The notes beneath the pieces were generated by a model. It was not told where the DNA came from and did not search any database. It saw nothing but the letters and a program-made list of their open reading frames with translations. A stretch of 40,399 nt of DNA from positions 1-40,399 of IMG/VR virus record IMGVR_UViG_3300006145_000007. One strand, 5' to 3'. Source of the DNA: a virus (taxonomy: Duplodnaviria > Heunggongvirae > Uroviricota > Caudoviricetes). Position numbers and translations under genes: made by a program. Of the stretch, positions 25,801 to 36,021 are shown in pieces; within the stretch, counting starts at the first letter, position 1, and every line of letters starts with the position of its first letter.

Positions 25801-28800
25801 TCAAGGACGTGTGGGAGGATGTCTATGATGATATCGTTAATCAAGAACTCCCAACCAACATCGGAAGATACTCGACGCTTGAGGCCGGACAGCAAGCAGC
25901 CCTCGATTTCATTGAGAAGGCACAGCGCCTTGGTATGCATGGCGATGTTATGGTGGACAACCAGAACACCACCAACAACGGTTATGTATTCACGGTTGAA
26001 TGGAACTACGATGCTATCAGCCTGCAGAACGCCAAGGCCGCGCTTGACTCCATCATCGCTGGTCAGGATAGCGTAATCAACAATTACGAGAATCTGATCA
26101 ATGCGAGATGGGAAGGTCTCAATAATATCGTTAGCTACTGGGCTGAAACGAACTTCCTGTATAACGATCTGAATGGTCAGATGCGGAATATCGCAAAGAC
26201 CATGATCAGCGGGATAGACTTTGCATCGCTTGGTCTGGATACGGAAGAGAAGGTACATAACTATGTTGAGGACTACATCCTTCGTCCTCTGTTCCTCGCT
26301 TCCCCAGAAGTTAAAACGGCCTTTGAGAATCTTTTCGATCTCCAGGGTTCTCTGAAAAATGGGGATATCACACCAGAAGATTTCCAGGAACAAGTCAAGC
26401 AGATGTTCGATGGACTCTATGAGTCTGTCGATGCAGATAAGCAAGATGATTTTGTCAAAGCATTCGTTGCTGGATTCAATGCAATGGGCATTGCCGGCGA
26501 TGACTTCAACTCTGTCGTAGAGGGTATCGCAGACAACTGGGGTACTGTGACCGGTGCAATGTCAGGCGGCAATGCACTCAGCAATGTTTCTGATCTTGCT
26601 GAGGGGATATCAGAGCTGCAGAAAGCATACAGCCTGCTGGAAACTGCGCAGAAGGAGATGCTGAATGGAGGCTTGTCCGCTGATACGATTGCAAGCCTTG
26701 CTGATGCAACAGACGATTACCTTGACTACCTCTACGAAGAGAATGGCGTTGTAAAGCTCAACACTGAAGCGTGGAAAGAAAATGCCAATGCAAAGATGCA
26801 GAGCTCTATGGCGGACATCCAGAATGAAATCGATCTTCTGAATGAACGGAACGCGGCCCTCGCAGAGACATTAGAAGTCTATCAAACGAACAAGCACGCA
26901 AGTGCCGGCGATAGCTCAATGACTGCTGTGTGGGATGATAAGATCCGTGAAGTCAATGAGGAGATCGAAGCGAACACAATCGCTATCGGTGCAAACCAAG
27001 CCAAGCTCGCGCTTTACAGCGCTCTGTACGGCAATATCACCGGTGACCTGGATGCCTATACGGCAGCTCTGAGGAATTTCTCCAATATCGCTTCGACGAT
27101 AGATTCCGTAAGCAACTCCTTCCAGACGCTTGCAGATTTGCAGGCTGAGGTGGCGGACGGGTTCACCCTGTCCCTGGATAAGGCGCTGGAGTTTGCGAAG
27201 GTATATCCTGAGATTCTCAACAATGCACAGGTATCTGCAGATGGGCAGATCATTCTCAACCAAGATGTTGTGAACTCTTTCCTTCAGGGGAAGAAGGCGG
27301 AGCTTGACGCTCAGATTGACGCCCAGATTGCAGAGCTTGAAGCAGACAAGTTGGTACTGCAAGCCAAGATGGAGGCCGCTCAGGCTCAGCTCGAACTGGC
27401 TAAGAATGTTGGTGAGGGCGAAGGCCAGGTAGCCAAAGAGGTTGCAGAATATCGTATCAGGGCGTCCAACGAGATGGTGCAGGCGCTTATCGATAACGGT
27501 ATCGATGAGGCTGAAGCATTCAAGCTGGCAGCTCAGGCTATGTCGCTCAACGCGGAGGAGTTCGACCGCGTTGCGAAAGAAGTATGCACCGATGTTGACG
27601 GTAACTTTAATAACGCCGCTTATAATGCCGCGATGGGTATCTATGAGAACATGGAGCGTGCGAAGACAGATATCAACTCTGTCACGAAGCAAGCTCATGA
27701 GGCCGCGAAGGCTGTTAGCGGTATCGGGAAAGGTGTAGTCTCCGGCGTAGTCGGTAAGATGCTTGGCTCTGGCGGTGGCAAAAATCGCAAAGGCATTGAA
27801 ACGAATGTCACAAGCGGCGAGTTCAATGGGTTTGATTACGACTTTGATTTCAAAGGCGCTTCGCTGGATGATTTCATCACACAGGTTGAGCTCGATATAT
27901 CAACGTACGAAAAAGCAATATCTCAGATCGATGGGCAGATTGCGGCGCTTAAGGCGTTGAAAGATTTGCCGCTTAAAACTTTTGAAAGCACTGGTAAGAA
28001 TACATCTGGAAGTTCCCCTGATGCTTCTGAGGTTGAAGAGTATATTGCATCCATCGACGAATATCGCGAGGCCATTGAACGGCTCCGCAAAGCCCAAGAG
28101 AATGTGTCGAACCTTGAGACGCAGATCGAAGACGCCGGCAGTTACGAGAAGAAGATCGAACTGCAGAAGCAGTTGATCGAGGCGTATAAGGAGGAACAGG
28201 CCGCTCTCCATAATCTTAACAACCAGCGGGATGGTACGATTGCGTCAAGCATCGACTATCTCCGTGAGTTAGGGTTCGCCGTTGAATATAACGCTGACAC
28301 GAACGAGCTGTGGATCAGTAACCTGGAACACCTCAATGAACTGCAGGCTGATTCCAAAGGGAAGTACAAGTCGATGCAGGAAGCCACAAACGCTCTGCGA
28401 AAAGAAACAGAGAGTTTGATCAACAGCATCGAGGATCTGAACGAGGCAAATCGTGAAGGTTCTACTACATGGCTTGAGGTGCGTGACAGAATCTACGAGA
28501 CCATGATAGCTATGCACGAGAACGCTATCAAGACCAATGAGAACTCTATCACGCTGACAGAGAACCGGATGGACAAGGCTATGGACGATGGCTTTATCCA
28601 AGGTGTTTCTGGATATTCCAACGATATCGTTTCCTTCTATCGGCAGATGCAGGAAGCCGTCCATAGTGAAGCGGAAATATACCGCGCGTGGGGGTACGCC
28701 GAAAACAGCGATGAGATTACCAAGCTCAGTGAGCTGTGGTGGCAGTATGAGAAGGACATCAATGATGTTCGCGATAGGGTCGTTGATAACCTGTTGGATA

Positions 28801-30683
28801 TGGCGAAGGCATCGTCCGACCTCGTGGACAAGATGCAGGACGTTGATAAGACCTTGCACGATGCTGCTGAAGAGTATGCAGCAAATGGTGGTTTTATATC
28901 CGTTGATTCGCTGCAGGCTATCTATGACCTCGGCCCACAGTACCTCCAGTACCTTGAGGACGAGAACGGGCTGCTGGTCATCAACGAGGATCGCATCAAT
29001 GCGGTAATCGCTGCGAAGACAGAACAGCTTGCTCTTGATACCGCCATGTCGTATGTCGAGAGGCTGAGGCTTGCCGCTCTCGGAGAATCCAACGAGAATC
29101 TTGACATGCTGTGCTTCGCAACAACAAACGCCACCAACGCAACGTGGGGTCTTGTGTATGCACAGCTTGAGCAGATGCGGCTTGCCGGAGAGTTGAGCGA
29201 CTCGCAGTACAATGCGGCTCTGCACAACATCCAGGCAATCCAGTCGCTGGCGAAAAATGCCATAGCCGGCATCGGACGCACAGCGGACTCGGCGAAGTCC
29301 TCATTGGAGAGTCTGAAGAAAGAGCTTGAGCAGATGCAGGATGGTGTCGATGGCATCATCAAGTATGTCATGGATATGCTGAAGCACCGCATCCAGCAGC
29401 AGATCGACGCGCTGAATGAGATGAAGAAGGCATACGCCGACATCATCAGTCTGCGGAAAGAAGCGCTCGATGCCGCCAAGGAAGAGGCGGACTATGAGGA
29501 CAAGGTTGCTGAACAGATCCAGAAGATTGCGAAACTTCAGGAGCGTATCAATGCCCTGTCTCTGGATGACAGCCGTGACGCACAGGCACAGAAGATCAAG
29601 CTGGAAGAGGAGATGTCTGACCTCCAGAAGGAGCTTGCAGATACCCAGGCGGACTATGCGCGTGACGCGCAAAAGGACGCCCTGGATAGTATGCAGGAGG
29701 AATACGAGAAGCAGAAAGATGACGAGATCGCTATCCTTGAAGAAACAATCTCGTCTTATCAGAAGCTGTACGATATGGCTATCAGCTATATCAACCAGAA
29801 CTGGAGGACGCTCTACCAGGAACTGATCGACTGGAACTATGAGTATGGGAGCGTGCTGAACTCTGAAATCACTGACGCATGGGCTCAGTGTGAGGCGGCG
29901 GCACAGCGATACGGTACATCTGTGCAGGCAATGCTTGCCGGGTTGAAAGCTGAGATAGCCAGTGTGACATCACAGCTTGCAAGTATCAGCAACGGCTCGT
30001 ACAGTATTGACGGAGGTGGCACTAACAAACCGATAGTCGTCTCTCCATCCACGGGTGATACCAACGTCAAGAATGAAGACATGGTGAGGGCTATCGTGGG
30101 GAGGATGAAGCGGCTCGGGGCTCAGTGGAGCACGCTTAATCCGAAGGAGACAAACGATAAGCTGCATAAGCAGGCTGCCGTTGAAGCCGCGAAGCTGGAT
30201 CAGTATGGCGTACACGCAACATTCCGTGGGTCAGACGGTACATGGTGGATCTCTCGTGATGAATTGAATCCATCTAATGTAGGTAAGAAACTGCATAACT
30301 GCTACCACGAAGGCGGGTTTGTTGACGAACAGATTCCCCTTGGACGCAGAGAAGTTCCTGCTATCCTGGAGAAGGGGGAGCTTGTGCTGGACGGGCCAAA
30401 GCAAAAGGGTCTGTATCGTATGATCGACTTCACGACTGCGCTGTCTGAAAAGCTCGGCGCCGCATTCGGGTCTGGCGGCATAGCAAGTCTGCTCCATACG
30501 TTCAAGAGCGGGCCGGATGAAACACATGCACCACTCCCGTCCGTAACGAACAACCAGAACGAGGCTATCCATTTTGGCGATGTTTACATCTATGGGGCAA
30601 ACGAAGATACTGCCAAGCAGCACAGAGAGATCAACCGGCAATTCACCAATGAGGTTCTTGCGAACCTTCACATCAAACGATAA
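22860..30683 (+). CDS. Tail tape measure protein (2607 aa, TP901-type core)
   Basis: Long Ala/Glu-rich helical protein. It has a TP901-like core (REIDGALTQLKIVTG...FSRLG...LAEYATILSNV) and a C-terminal YHEGG..EVPAILEKGELVL motif. Confidence 0.92.
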   Translation: MAGYGFGAKVKLTVDRSRKAEFNKQISDMVGQIKVSNKFTVLQKDMDRVRREAQAMLNSNPLTLKVNKIDCSAAVNDVKRQLQTMLSALSVSNGVNITGLKDFIGTDGMDAAMRNTADAANAAVAKMNEAQAATARLSGQMEVLNTIAKSVASTYKRGTTGNGMIADEAEVQRITAAYNTWIQKVREAQATRSGDIEALQQEGLAIQRNITALQNKQTEERRAQAAAEKAARAAESAAERAAAANESEVASLKQVSSLQERMARFLRSNSRVSVSDFGTQIRTMLMELNSGSTITTERLREMEGAFVNIRSQALQTGVVGRTVFDSLRRAYEKFGGWMLITRSLTAAIHTIKNMISSVREIDGALTQLKIVTGATDEQLTAFLQNATVLAKDLGQSIKDVLGSIETFSRLGYNLVDASELAEYATILSNVAAVDTEAATTGLTSIIKGYNMNVAEAEHVADVLVQVGQKYAVSASEMMEAYEKSGAALNAANTSFEKSAGLIAAANASVQNASTVGTALKTVSARIRGAKSDLEALGEETHDLAQGFSKYAEEIKALTGFDIMVEGTTDTYKDIYDIFEGIAKVWDKLSDTQQARVSEILGGTRQLQVISSILGNWKDAAGAYSDAMTSAGTATQANATYMESINGKIGTFNATFQELSTNIFSSGLVEFFVELGTAILSALNALAKINLLLPAIISMVVAINGIRAGLAAMRSATAAAETASTINTIVAKLVAEKTATDALAVSIANLTIAEKAELATKIQAAVVSGSLTAAQGEQILTTLGLAGAEGTLTGANVTLAASFKALMASIPVWGWIALGITAVITAVTALANGYKSSEERLAELNEEHNELIRSVRTAESEFRSLRDSADDVIPRFAELAKGVNQFGENVSLTDEEYQEFLSLNNRIAEMFPELNLGMDSNGNAMLALSYSADTLTESLYALVEAQRQAAAAEIAEKIPEELENIKAAEKEYEKQIRRAKDVKDVWEDVYDDIVNQELPTNIGRYSTLEAGQQAALDFIEKAQRLGMHGDVMVDNQNTTNNGYVFTVEWNYDAISLQNAKAALDSIIAGQDSVINNYENLINARWEGLNNIVSYWAETNFLYNDLNGQMRNIAKTMISGIDFASLGLDTEEKVHNYVEDYILRPLFLASPEVKTAFENLFDLQGSLKNGDITPEDFQEQVKQMFDGLYESVDADKQDDFVKAFVAGFNAMGIAGDDFNSVVEGIADNWGTVTGAMSGGNALSNVSDLAEGISELQKAYSLLETAQKEMLNGGLSADTIASLADATDDYLDYLYEENGVVKLNTEAWKENANAKMQSSMADIQNEIDLLNERNAALAETLEVYQTNKHASAGDSSMTAVWDDKIREVNEEIEANTIAIGANQAKLALYSALYGNITGDLDAYTAALRNFSNIASTIDSVSNSFQTLADLQAEVADGFTLSLDKALEFAKVYPEILNNAQVSADGQIILNQDVVNSFLQGKKAELDAQIDAQIAELEADKLVLQAKMEAAQAQLELAKNVGEGEGQVAKEVAEYRIRASNEMVQALIDNGIDEAEAFKLAAQAMSLNAEEFDRVAKEVCTDVDGNFNNAAYNAAMGIYENMERAKTDINSVTKQAHEAAKAVSGIGKGVVSGVVGKMLGSGGGKNRKGIETNVTSGEFNGFDYDFDFKGASLDDFITQVELDISTYEKAISQIDGQIAALKALKDLPLKTFESTGKNTSGSSPDASEVEEYIASIDEYREAIERLRKAQENVSNLETQIEDAGSYEKKIELQKQLIEAYKEEQAALHNLNNQRDGTIASSIDYLRELGFAVEYNADTNELWISNLEHLNELQADSKGKYKSMQEATNALRKETESLINSIEDLNEANREGSTTWLEVRDRIYETMIAMHENAIKTNENSITLTENRMDKAMDDGFIQGVSGYSNDIVSFYRQMQEAVHSEAEIYRAWGYAENSDEITKLSELWWQYEKDINDVRDRVVDNLLDMAKASSDLVDKMQDVDKTLHDAAEEYAANGGFISVDSLQAIYDLGPQYLQYLEDENGLLVINEDRINAVIAAKTEQLALDTAMSYVERLRLAALGESNENLDMLCFATTNATNATWGLVYAQLEQMRLAGELSDSQYNAALHNIQAIQSLAKNAIAGIGRTADSAKSSLESLKKELEQMQDGVDGIIKYVMDMLKHRIQQQIDALNEMKKAYADIISLRKEALDAAKEEADYEDKVAEQIQKIAKLQERINALSLDDSRDAQAQKIKLEEEMSDLQKELADTQADYARDAQKDALDSMQEEYEKQKDDEIAILEETISSYQKLYDMAISYINQNWRTLYQELIDWNYEYGSVLNSEITDAWAQCEAAAQRYGTSVQAMLAGLKAEIASVTSQLASISNGSYSIDGGGTNKPIVVSPSTGDTNVKNEDMVRAIVGRMKRLGAQWSTLNPKETNDKLHKQAAVEAAKLDQYGVHATFRGSDGTWWISRDELNPSNVGKKLHNCYHEGGFVDEQIPLGRREVPAILEKGELVLDGPKQKGLYRMIDFTTALSEKLGAAFGSGGIASLLHTFKSGPDETHAPLPSVTNNQNEAIHFGDVYIYGANEDTAKQHREINRQFTNEVLANLHIKR

Positions 30684-30690
30684 CCACACA

Positions 30691-30720
30691 GTGGAGGGGA
30701 GTCGCTATGCTCCCCTCCAC
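30691..30720 (+). repeat. 11-bp perfect hairpin after TMP, no U-tract
   Basis: GTGGAGGGGAG-tcgctatg-CTCCCCTCCAC. Confidence 0.8.
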
Positions 30721-30747
30721 AATCATATAAGGAAGGAGGTTGTTTGA

Positions 30748-31545
30748 TTGGCTTTTAATTCATATGAATTCTCATTTAACGGCGAGTCATCGCTGATGTA
30801 TGGGTTGATGATATACGACTATGACGGGAATGGACAGGGTAATGTCAGCTTTGGGAATCAGGCTGCAATCGTAGAAACACGAACAAACAACCGTATCCAG
30901 CCTTTACATTTCGGCGTTAACTATCATCAGAAACCACTGGAGTTTAAGCTGGTCTTCGGCGCGGAGAACCCGCTGGACAGGTATGACCTGCAGAACATTT
31001 CCATGTGGTTGACAGGTCACCAGCAGTATCAATGGCTGTCTATCGACCAGCCGGATTTGGAGCATGTTCAGTTCCGGTGCCTGATCACCAAGCTGACTCC
31101 TCTCGCACACAGTTGGCTCCCCGTGGCTTTTGAAGCAAATATCCTGTGCGATTGTCCGTATGCCTACGGGTATCCGTTTGAGGAGAGCTACACTATTAAC
31201 GGCGAAACCAATATCCTGTTCCGCAACAACGGTTCAGTCCGTGAGTATTTTAAGCCGTATATTTCTTTCCGCCCTGCATTTGGTACAACAGAGCTGAAGA
31301 TTGTCAATGCAGATGATGGAGGCAGGGAATTTCTGCTGAGCGACATACCTACCGGCGCCGCTGTCGTGAACATTGATAATCGAAATGGAATCATACAAGA
31401 CCAAGACAACAAGTTCAATCTGTACGATGGGTTTAAGGACTGTATGAAGTTCTTCAGGCTTGTCCATGGAGATAACAATCTTGTTGTTACCGGGAATGGG
31501 ACACTGACAATCTACGGTAGGTTCTTGTATAACGTGTCAGCGTAA
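30748..31545 (+). CDS. Distal tail protein (Dit-like)
   Basis: Directly after the TMP. FSFNG start, W-L...Y..L and CDCPYAY motifs. TTG start with an AGGAGG RBS. Confidence 0.8.
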   Translation: MAFNSYEFSFNGESSLMYGLMIYDYDGNGQGNVSFGNQAAIVETRTNNRIQPLHFGVNYHQKPLEFKLVFGAENPLDRYDLQNISMWLTGHQQYQWLSIDQPDLEHVQFRCLITKLTPLAHSWLPVAFEANILCDCPYAYGYPFEESYTINGETNILFRNNGSVREYFKPYISFRPAFGTTELKIVNADDGGREFLLSDIPTGAAVVNIDNRNGIIQDQDNKFNLYDGFKDCMKFFRLVHGDNNLVVTGNGTLTIYGRFLYNVSA

Positions 31546-31556
31546 GGAGGTGCAGG

Positions 31557-34500
31557 ATGTATCTCGACTATTCAAAGATTGAGTTCGACCGGGATGGCAA
31601 TCCTGAGATGCCAGAGCTGATGCTGAAAACACTAAGCGACAAAGTGATCGGCGTGATACCCGGCGTACACAAACTCAAACTGAACATCAAGTTTTCTGAA
31701 CCAAGTGAGATTTCATTCGATGTTCCAGCCGTCATCGACGGCGTGGAGAATCCCATATACAAGTATCTGTGTGGTCATAAGCAGATTTACACGGAACACT
31801 ATGGCGTGTATGAAATCATCAACCCAAAGACATCCGCTGACGGTATCTCTGAAATCAAGCATGTCACCGGATACTCCTATGAGAAAACGCTGGAATCTAA
31901 AAAGTTCTTCCTTGAGGAAGGTACGTTCAACTTTTGGAACCCATCGTCACCAACAGATACTGTGCTTGGTCGTATTCAAGAGACCGCGATCGGATGGAGA
32001 ATCGGATATGTCTCACCGACACTGATTGGCAAGTATCGTACATTCGACGGGTATGACAACTATTTGCTCCAGTTCATATACAACAGTGCGCCTGAGAAAT
32101 ATCGTTGTGTATTCGTATTCGATACATACGAGAGAACCATCAATGTCTATGACAGCGACCAGCGGATAGCTAACCTGCCCATCTATCTTGACTTCGACAA
32201 TCTGGTAGAGAAGCTGGATATAACCGAGAAAAGCGACGAGCTTGTCACGGCACTGAGCCCGTATGGCGCAGATAATCTGGATATCCGTGCGGTCAATCCG
32301 ACTGGTACCAACTGGATATATGACCTTTCATATTTCATTGCGAACGGTGATATCAAAGGGGATCTCGCTGATAAGTGGAATAGCTGGCAGCGCAGTGTGC
32401 TGAGCAACCAGATGTACTATAAGGGTTTTGTCGCTTTGCAGGCTTCTACGACAGCGAAGGTTCTTGCAGAGCAGGCGGAGCTTACAGACCTGAACGGTCA
32501 GCTTGACTCAATGATCAATCAGCAGAGCGTTACGATTCAGGCGTTGGCTATGGAAACAACAGCCGCCGGCAAAGCGAGTCAACAGAATTTGCTGAATACG
32601 ATCAACGCGAACATCAAGGCCAAGAGGGCTGAGATTGATGCCAAACAGAATGAGATAGATACATCAAAAAGAGAACTGGCATCGTACACAAATGAGATCA
32701 AGGCCATCGTTGACGAGCTGTCAATCAAGAAGTATTTCACCGACAGCGAATATAAGGAACTGTCAAACTACATGACAGAACAGGATATCACTGAGAAGAC
32801 ATTCGTCGCGTCTACTGTAGATGCTACTGTGTCTGGTGAATCTTACTCTGTGCCAAATACGAGCGTTGCTATCAGCAGTTCGTCGATATCTATGGTTGAC
32901 CTGACGGGTAAGTTTTCAAAGCGGATGTTTGTACTCGCAGGCGGTACACTCGCGCTATCCGGCAGTACGTCTATCTCATGTGACATTATCAGGGGAACGG
33001 TAGAGACAAAGAACAACGGTGCATTCGTTATGAGCGTGTACGCCGGGACGATCCGCGTCGGGACTAAAACGGCTTCAAGTGGTCTCATTACGATATCCGG
33101 TACGTACTCAGGGCTGTCAAGTAATGTTGCCCCTGTGACGGTGGCCGGTGTGACTACGAACGAAGGAACAACAATGAGGTTTACCGTTGCGTCCGGGTCA
33201 ATGTTCCTGACCGGCAATGTCAGCGACTATCAGAAATACTCCGTTCAGATGGAGCTGTATGACTATGCGGTCAAAGTTCTCAAAGATCTTGCAACACCCA
33301 CCTATGAGTTCACCGTGGATTCTGGGAACTTCCTGTTTGAGCAGGAGTTCGCTCCGTTCCGAGATGGACTGGAGCTTGGCAAAGGCGTGTACCTGAATGT
33401 TGGGCCGTACGTTGTTACACCATACATCATTGAGTTTGAGCTGAGCTTCGAGGATCGCAGCGCATTTTCCATCGTATTCTCCAACCGCTTCAAGAGACCT
33501 GACGAAACGAATACTCTCGCAGACATGATCGAGAAGAGCTATTCGAACAGCCGCAGCTTTGACGCCAGCAAGTATATCTACAACCAGACAACGTCGCAGG
33601 CGTCAGAGGTATCGAAGTTCATGTCAGACGCATTGGATGCTGCAAAGAATGCGGTGCTTGGTGGGTCAGGTACAGTCAAGTATGACGCGACCGGGCTGAC
33701 TGTAGGCGTTGGTTCCAGATATCAGATCCGTATGGTTGACCGCATGATCGCCATGACAGATGACAACTGGGAACACGCGAAGGTTGGTATCGGTTTGATT
33801 GCCACACCAGACGGCGGGAGCAACTTCGTTGTCAACGCTGAGGTCATCGGAGGCAAACTGATCGTCGGCAATAACCTGGTGATTGAGAACGAAAATGATA
33901 CAGGTGTGATGCAGTTCAAGGTGGATGCCTCCGGCGCATGGCTGAACAACGCAACCTTTATCCTCCAAAAAGATAACGGCGGGAAGATCATCATCGACCC
34001 GAAGTACGGTATCGTGGGCGGGAATGGTAACCTGTATACAACAAGCGGGACAACGGTAACACCAGCATTCATCGACAGTAGGGGCAAGGTCACGCTTGAC
34101 GCAGATGGTATGCCGACCAACTCCAACTTCTACCTGGACATCCGTGACGGTAGTGTGTACTTTCGCGGAAAGATTTTCGCACAGGCTGGTGGTAAGATCG
34201 GTGGATTCACCATCAATACAAGTGAGCTCGTATCTAACAAATCAGGGTACGAGGTTGGTATCAATGGAGACCCATTGTATTCTGCAGACAATCCAAACTA
34301 TGCGTATGCTTTTTGGGCCGGGTCGTATACACCATCCCGCGCGAAGTTCTGGGTCAAGAAGGACGGGACGATTTACTCGAAGGGTGCCACGCTGGATTCT
34401 GCTACCATCAACAATGCGACTATCAAGACGGCGACTATTGATCATGCGAACATGACCAACGCGACTGTGAGCGGCGTACTGAATTCCCCAACAGTGACCG

Positions 34501-35108
34501 GGCTTATGAATGCTTCTGGCGCTACGCTGGTCGGCCCTGAGATCTATGTTCCAAATAAGGCAAACTGGAAATTCAAGGTTGACAGCAGCGGGAACGTATA
34601 TATCAAAGACGGCAGCATCAGTTGGGGTGCGGTGACTGGAACATCAGAAATCGACAACCGTATCGCGTCGGCACAGAACACAGCGAACTACGCCTATTCA
34701 CTTGCAGACTCTGCATATGACGCGGCAGATTACGCTCAGAGTGCCGCCATAGCAGCAGAGAATCTTGCAAGGCGTATCGCAAACGGTACGTTCAACAACG
34801 GTACATTTATCAATGGCACCGAGATATACAGCCCAACAATTTATGCAGACGAGTTCGTTGTTATGCCAAGAAACAGTTATTCAGGCCGATGGACAGGCGG
34901 GTATAGCATGTACGGGTATTTTGGCAATCAACTGTTCAAGATGCTCAACATCGGGTATGCGGATACTGGTTTCAGTCCTGAGATCGAGTTCTGGAGCCCG
35001 GCAGGGGCATACGCTTACTGGGGCTTTAACCGCACCATGTTCAGCGGGTATTGTGATTTCAGCGGGGCAACAGTGACTGGTCTTTCGACAACTGCAACAT
35101 TCGGATAG
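31557..35108 (+). CDS. Tail-associated/central spike protein (Tal-like) with coiled-coil stalk and C-terminal putative receptor-binding region
   Basis: Follows Dit. It has an N-terminal baseplate-hub-like region, a coiled coil near aa 290-400, and G/N/T-rich beta repeats at the C-terminus. Confidence 0.8.
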   Translation: MYLDYSKIEFDRDGNPEMPELMLKTLSDKVIGVIPGVHKLKLNIKFSEPSEISFDVPAVIDGVENPIYKYLCGHKQIYTEHYGVYEIINPKTSADGISEIKHVTGYSYEKTLESKKFFLEEGTFNFWNPSSPTDTVLGRIQETAIGWRIGYVSPTLIGKYRTFDGYDNYLLQFIYNSAPEKYRCVFVFDTYERTINVYDSDQRIANLPIYLDFDNLVEKLDITEKSDELVTALSPYGADNLDIRAVNPTGTNWIYDLSYFIANGDIKGDLADKWNSWQRSVLSNQMYYKGFVALQASTTAKVLAEQAELTDLNGQLDSMINQQSVTIQALAMETTAAGKASQQNLLNTINANIKAKRAEIDAKQNEIDTSKRELASYTNEIKAIVDELSIKKYFTDSEYKELSNYMTEQDITEKTFVASTVDATVSGESYSVPNTSVAISSSSISMVDLTGKFSKRMFVLAGGTLALSGSTSISCDIIRGTVETKNNGAFVMSVYAGTIRVGTKTASSGLITISGTYSGLSSNVAPVTVAGVTTNEGTTMRFTVASGSMFLTGNVSDYQKYSVQMELYDYAVKVLKDLATPTYEFTVDSGNFLFEQEFAPFRDGLELGKGVYLNVGPYVVTPYIIEFELSFEDRSAFSIVFSNRFKRPDETNTLADMIEKSYSNSRSFDASKYIYNQTTSQASEVSKFMSDALDAAKNAVLGGSGTVKYDATGLTVGVGSRYQIRMVDRMIAMTDDNWEHAKVGIGLIATPDGGSNFVVNAEVIGGKLIVGNNLVIENENDTGVMQFKVDASGAWLNNATFILQKDNGGKIIIDPKYGIVGGNGNLYTTSGTTVTPAFIDSRGKVTLDADGMPTNSNFYLDIRDGSVYFRGKIFAQAGGKIGGFTINTSELVSNKSGYEVGINGDPLYSADNPNYAYAFWAGSYTPSRAKFWVKKDGTIYSKGATLDSATINNATIKTATIDHANMTNATVSGVLNSPTVTGLMNASGATLVGPEIYVPNKANWKFKVDSSGNVYIKDGSISWGAVTGTSEIDNRIASAQNTANYAYSLADSAYDAADYAQSAAIAAENLARRIANGTFNNGTFINGTEIYSPTIYADEFVVMPRNSYSGRWTGGYSMYGYFGNQLFKMLNIGYADTGFSPEIEFWSPAGAYAYWGFNRTMFSGYCDFSGATVTGLSTTATFG

Positions 35109-35120
35109 GGGTGATGGGAC

Positions 35121-35789
35121 ATGGCGAGCTATACCGTATCTTGTACCACCACTTCTGTAACATTCCGTGTGACCGGGTTGACGAAAGGGCAATATGTCCA
35201 GTTGTACGTCCGTCTTGAAAGCGGAAGCAACGCGGTCATAAGTGAGTCTCATACCGCGAGCGGGTCATCATTAACAAGGTCTTTTTCTGGGCTATCACCA
35301 GGAACGGACTATGCGGCGAACGTAAAGGTTGGAGCGACCGGAAGTTCTGCAACTTGGCTTGGTAAGAAGTCGTTTACCACTAAAGGAGAGAGTAAGCCGT
35401 CAGTAGACAAATGGTCATGGAATAGATCTAATGGCAGCGCGTCAGCATCGCAGACAATGGCTGCATATTCTGCCGTCACAAGTAAAGGTCTGACAAGCAA
35501 TTTCTCTTATCTTGTCTGGAACGATATGGTCGATAAGGTGGACGAGCTTGTCAGGGCGTTTGGGAAGAGCTGGAACAGCGGGTATGCCAGTCTCGGCTCA
35601 ACCAGGATGAGCAGCTACAATAAAGATATAACCGCCGTTCGATTTAATTCCCTTCGGCTTAATCTCTCCTTATCCGGGTCTCATTCGTTCTCCGCATATA
35701 TCCCAACCGTCAGTAGAGGCGACACTGTTTACGGGTCGTACTTTACAGGTATCGCAACAGAAATCAACCGCTTGGTTGATAAACTTTGA
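35121..35789 (+). CDS. Tail-tip protein with N-terminal FN3/Ig-like domain
   Basis: FSGLSPGTDY..V motif typical of FN3. The protein is Ser-rich. Confidence 0.6.
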   Translation: MASYTVSCTTTSVTFRVTGLTKGQYVQLYVRLESGSNAVISESHTASGSSLTRSFSGLSPGTDYAANVKVGATGSSATWLGKKSFTTKGESKPSVDKWSWNRSNGSASASQTMAAYSAVTSKGLTSNFSYLVWNDMVDKVDELVRAFGKSWNSGYASLGSTRMSSYNKDITAVRFNSLRLNLSLSGSHSFSAYIPTVSRGDTVYGSYFTGIATEINRLVDKL

Positions 35790-35814
35790 ACATAGAGCTA
35801 AAGGAGATTGAACT

Positions 35815-36003
35815 ATGAAAGACGAAATCATGCAACGGATCGAGGCTGTTCTGGCCGCACTCAACAATGTGTATGTCAGGGGGAAACCAAACCTCGACAA
35901 CCTGTCCGGTAGTATCGCCATCCTTGAAGGTTTGGCTGGTACCCTGTCCGGCTGCGACATTATCGAGAATGTGAGCGGTGAGGACGCAGATCCGAAGGAG
36001 TAG
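35815..36003 (+). CDS. Hypothetical protein (62 aa)
   Basis: AAAGGAG RBS, and it fills the intergenic gap. Confidence 0.65.
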   Translation: MKDEIMQRIEAVLAALNNVYVRGKPNLDNLSGSIAILEGLAGTLSGCDIIENVSGEDADPKE

Positions 36004-36021
36004 GAAAGGCGGTGATACCGC

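Noticed and set aside
34840-35789. Diversity-generating retroelement variable region in tail-tip genes
   Set aside because: The Y/N/S/G-rich composition is suggestive, but I found no template repeat, near-duplicate or reverse transcriptase in the window. A whole-genome search for an adenine-mismatched repeat would be needed.
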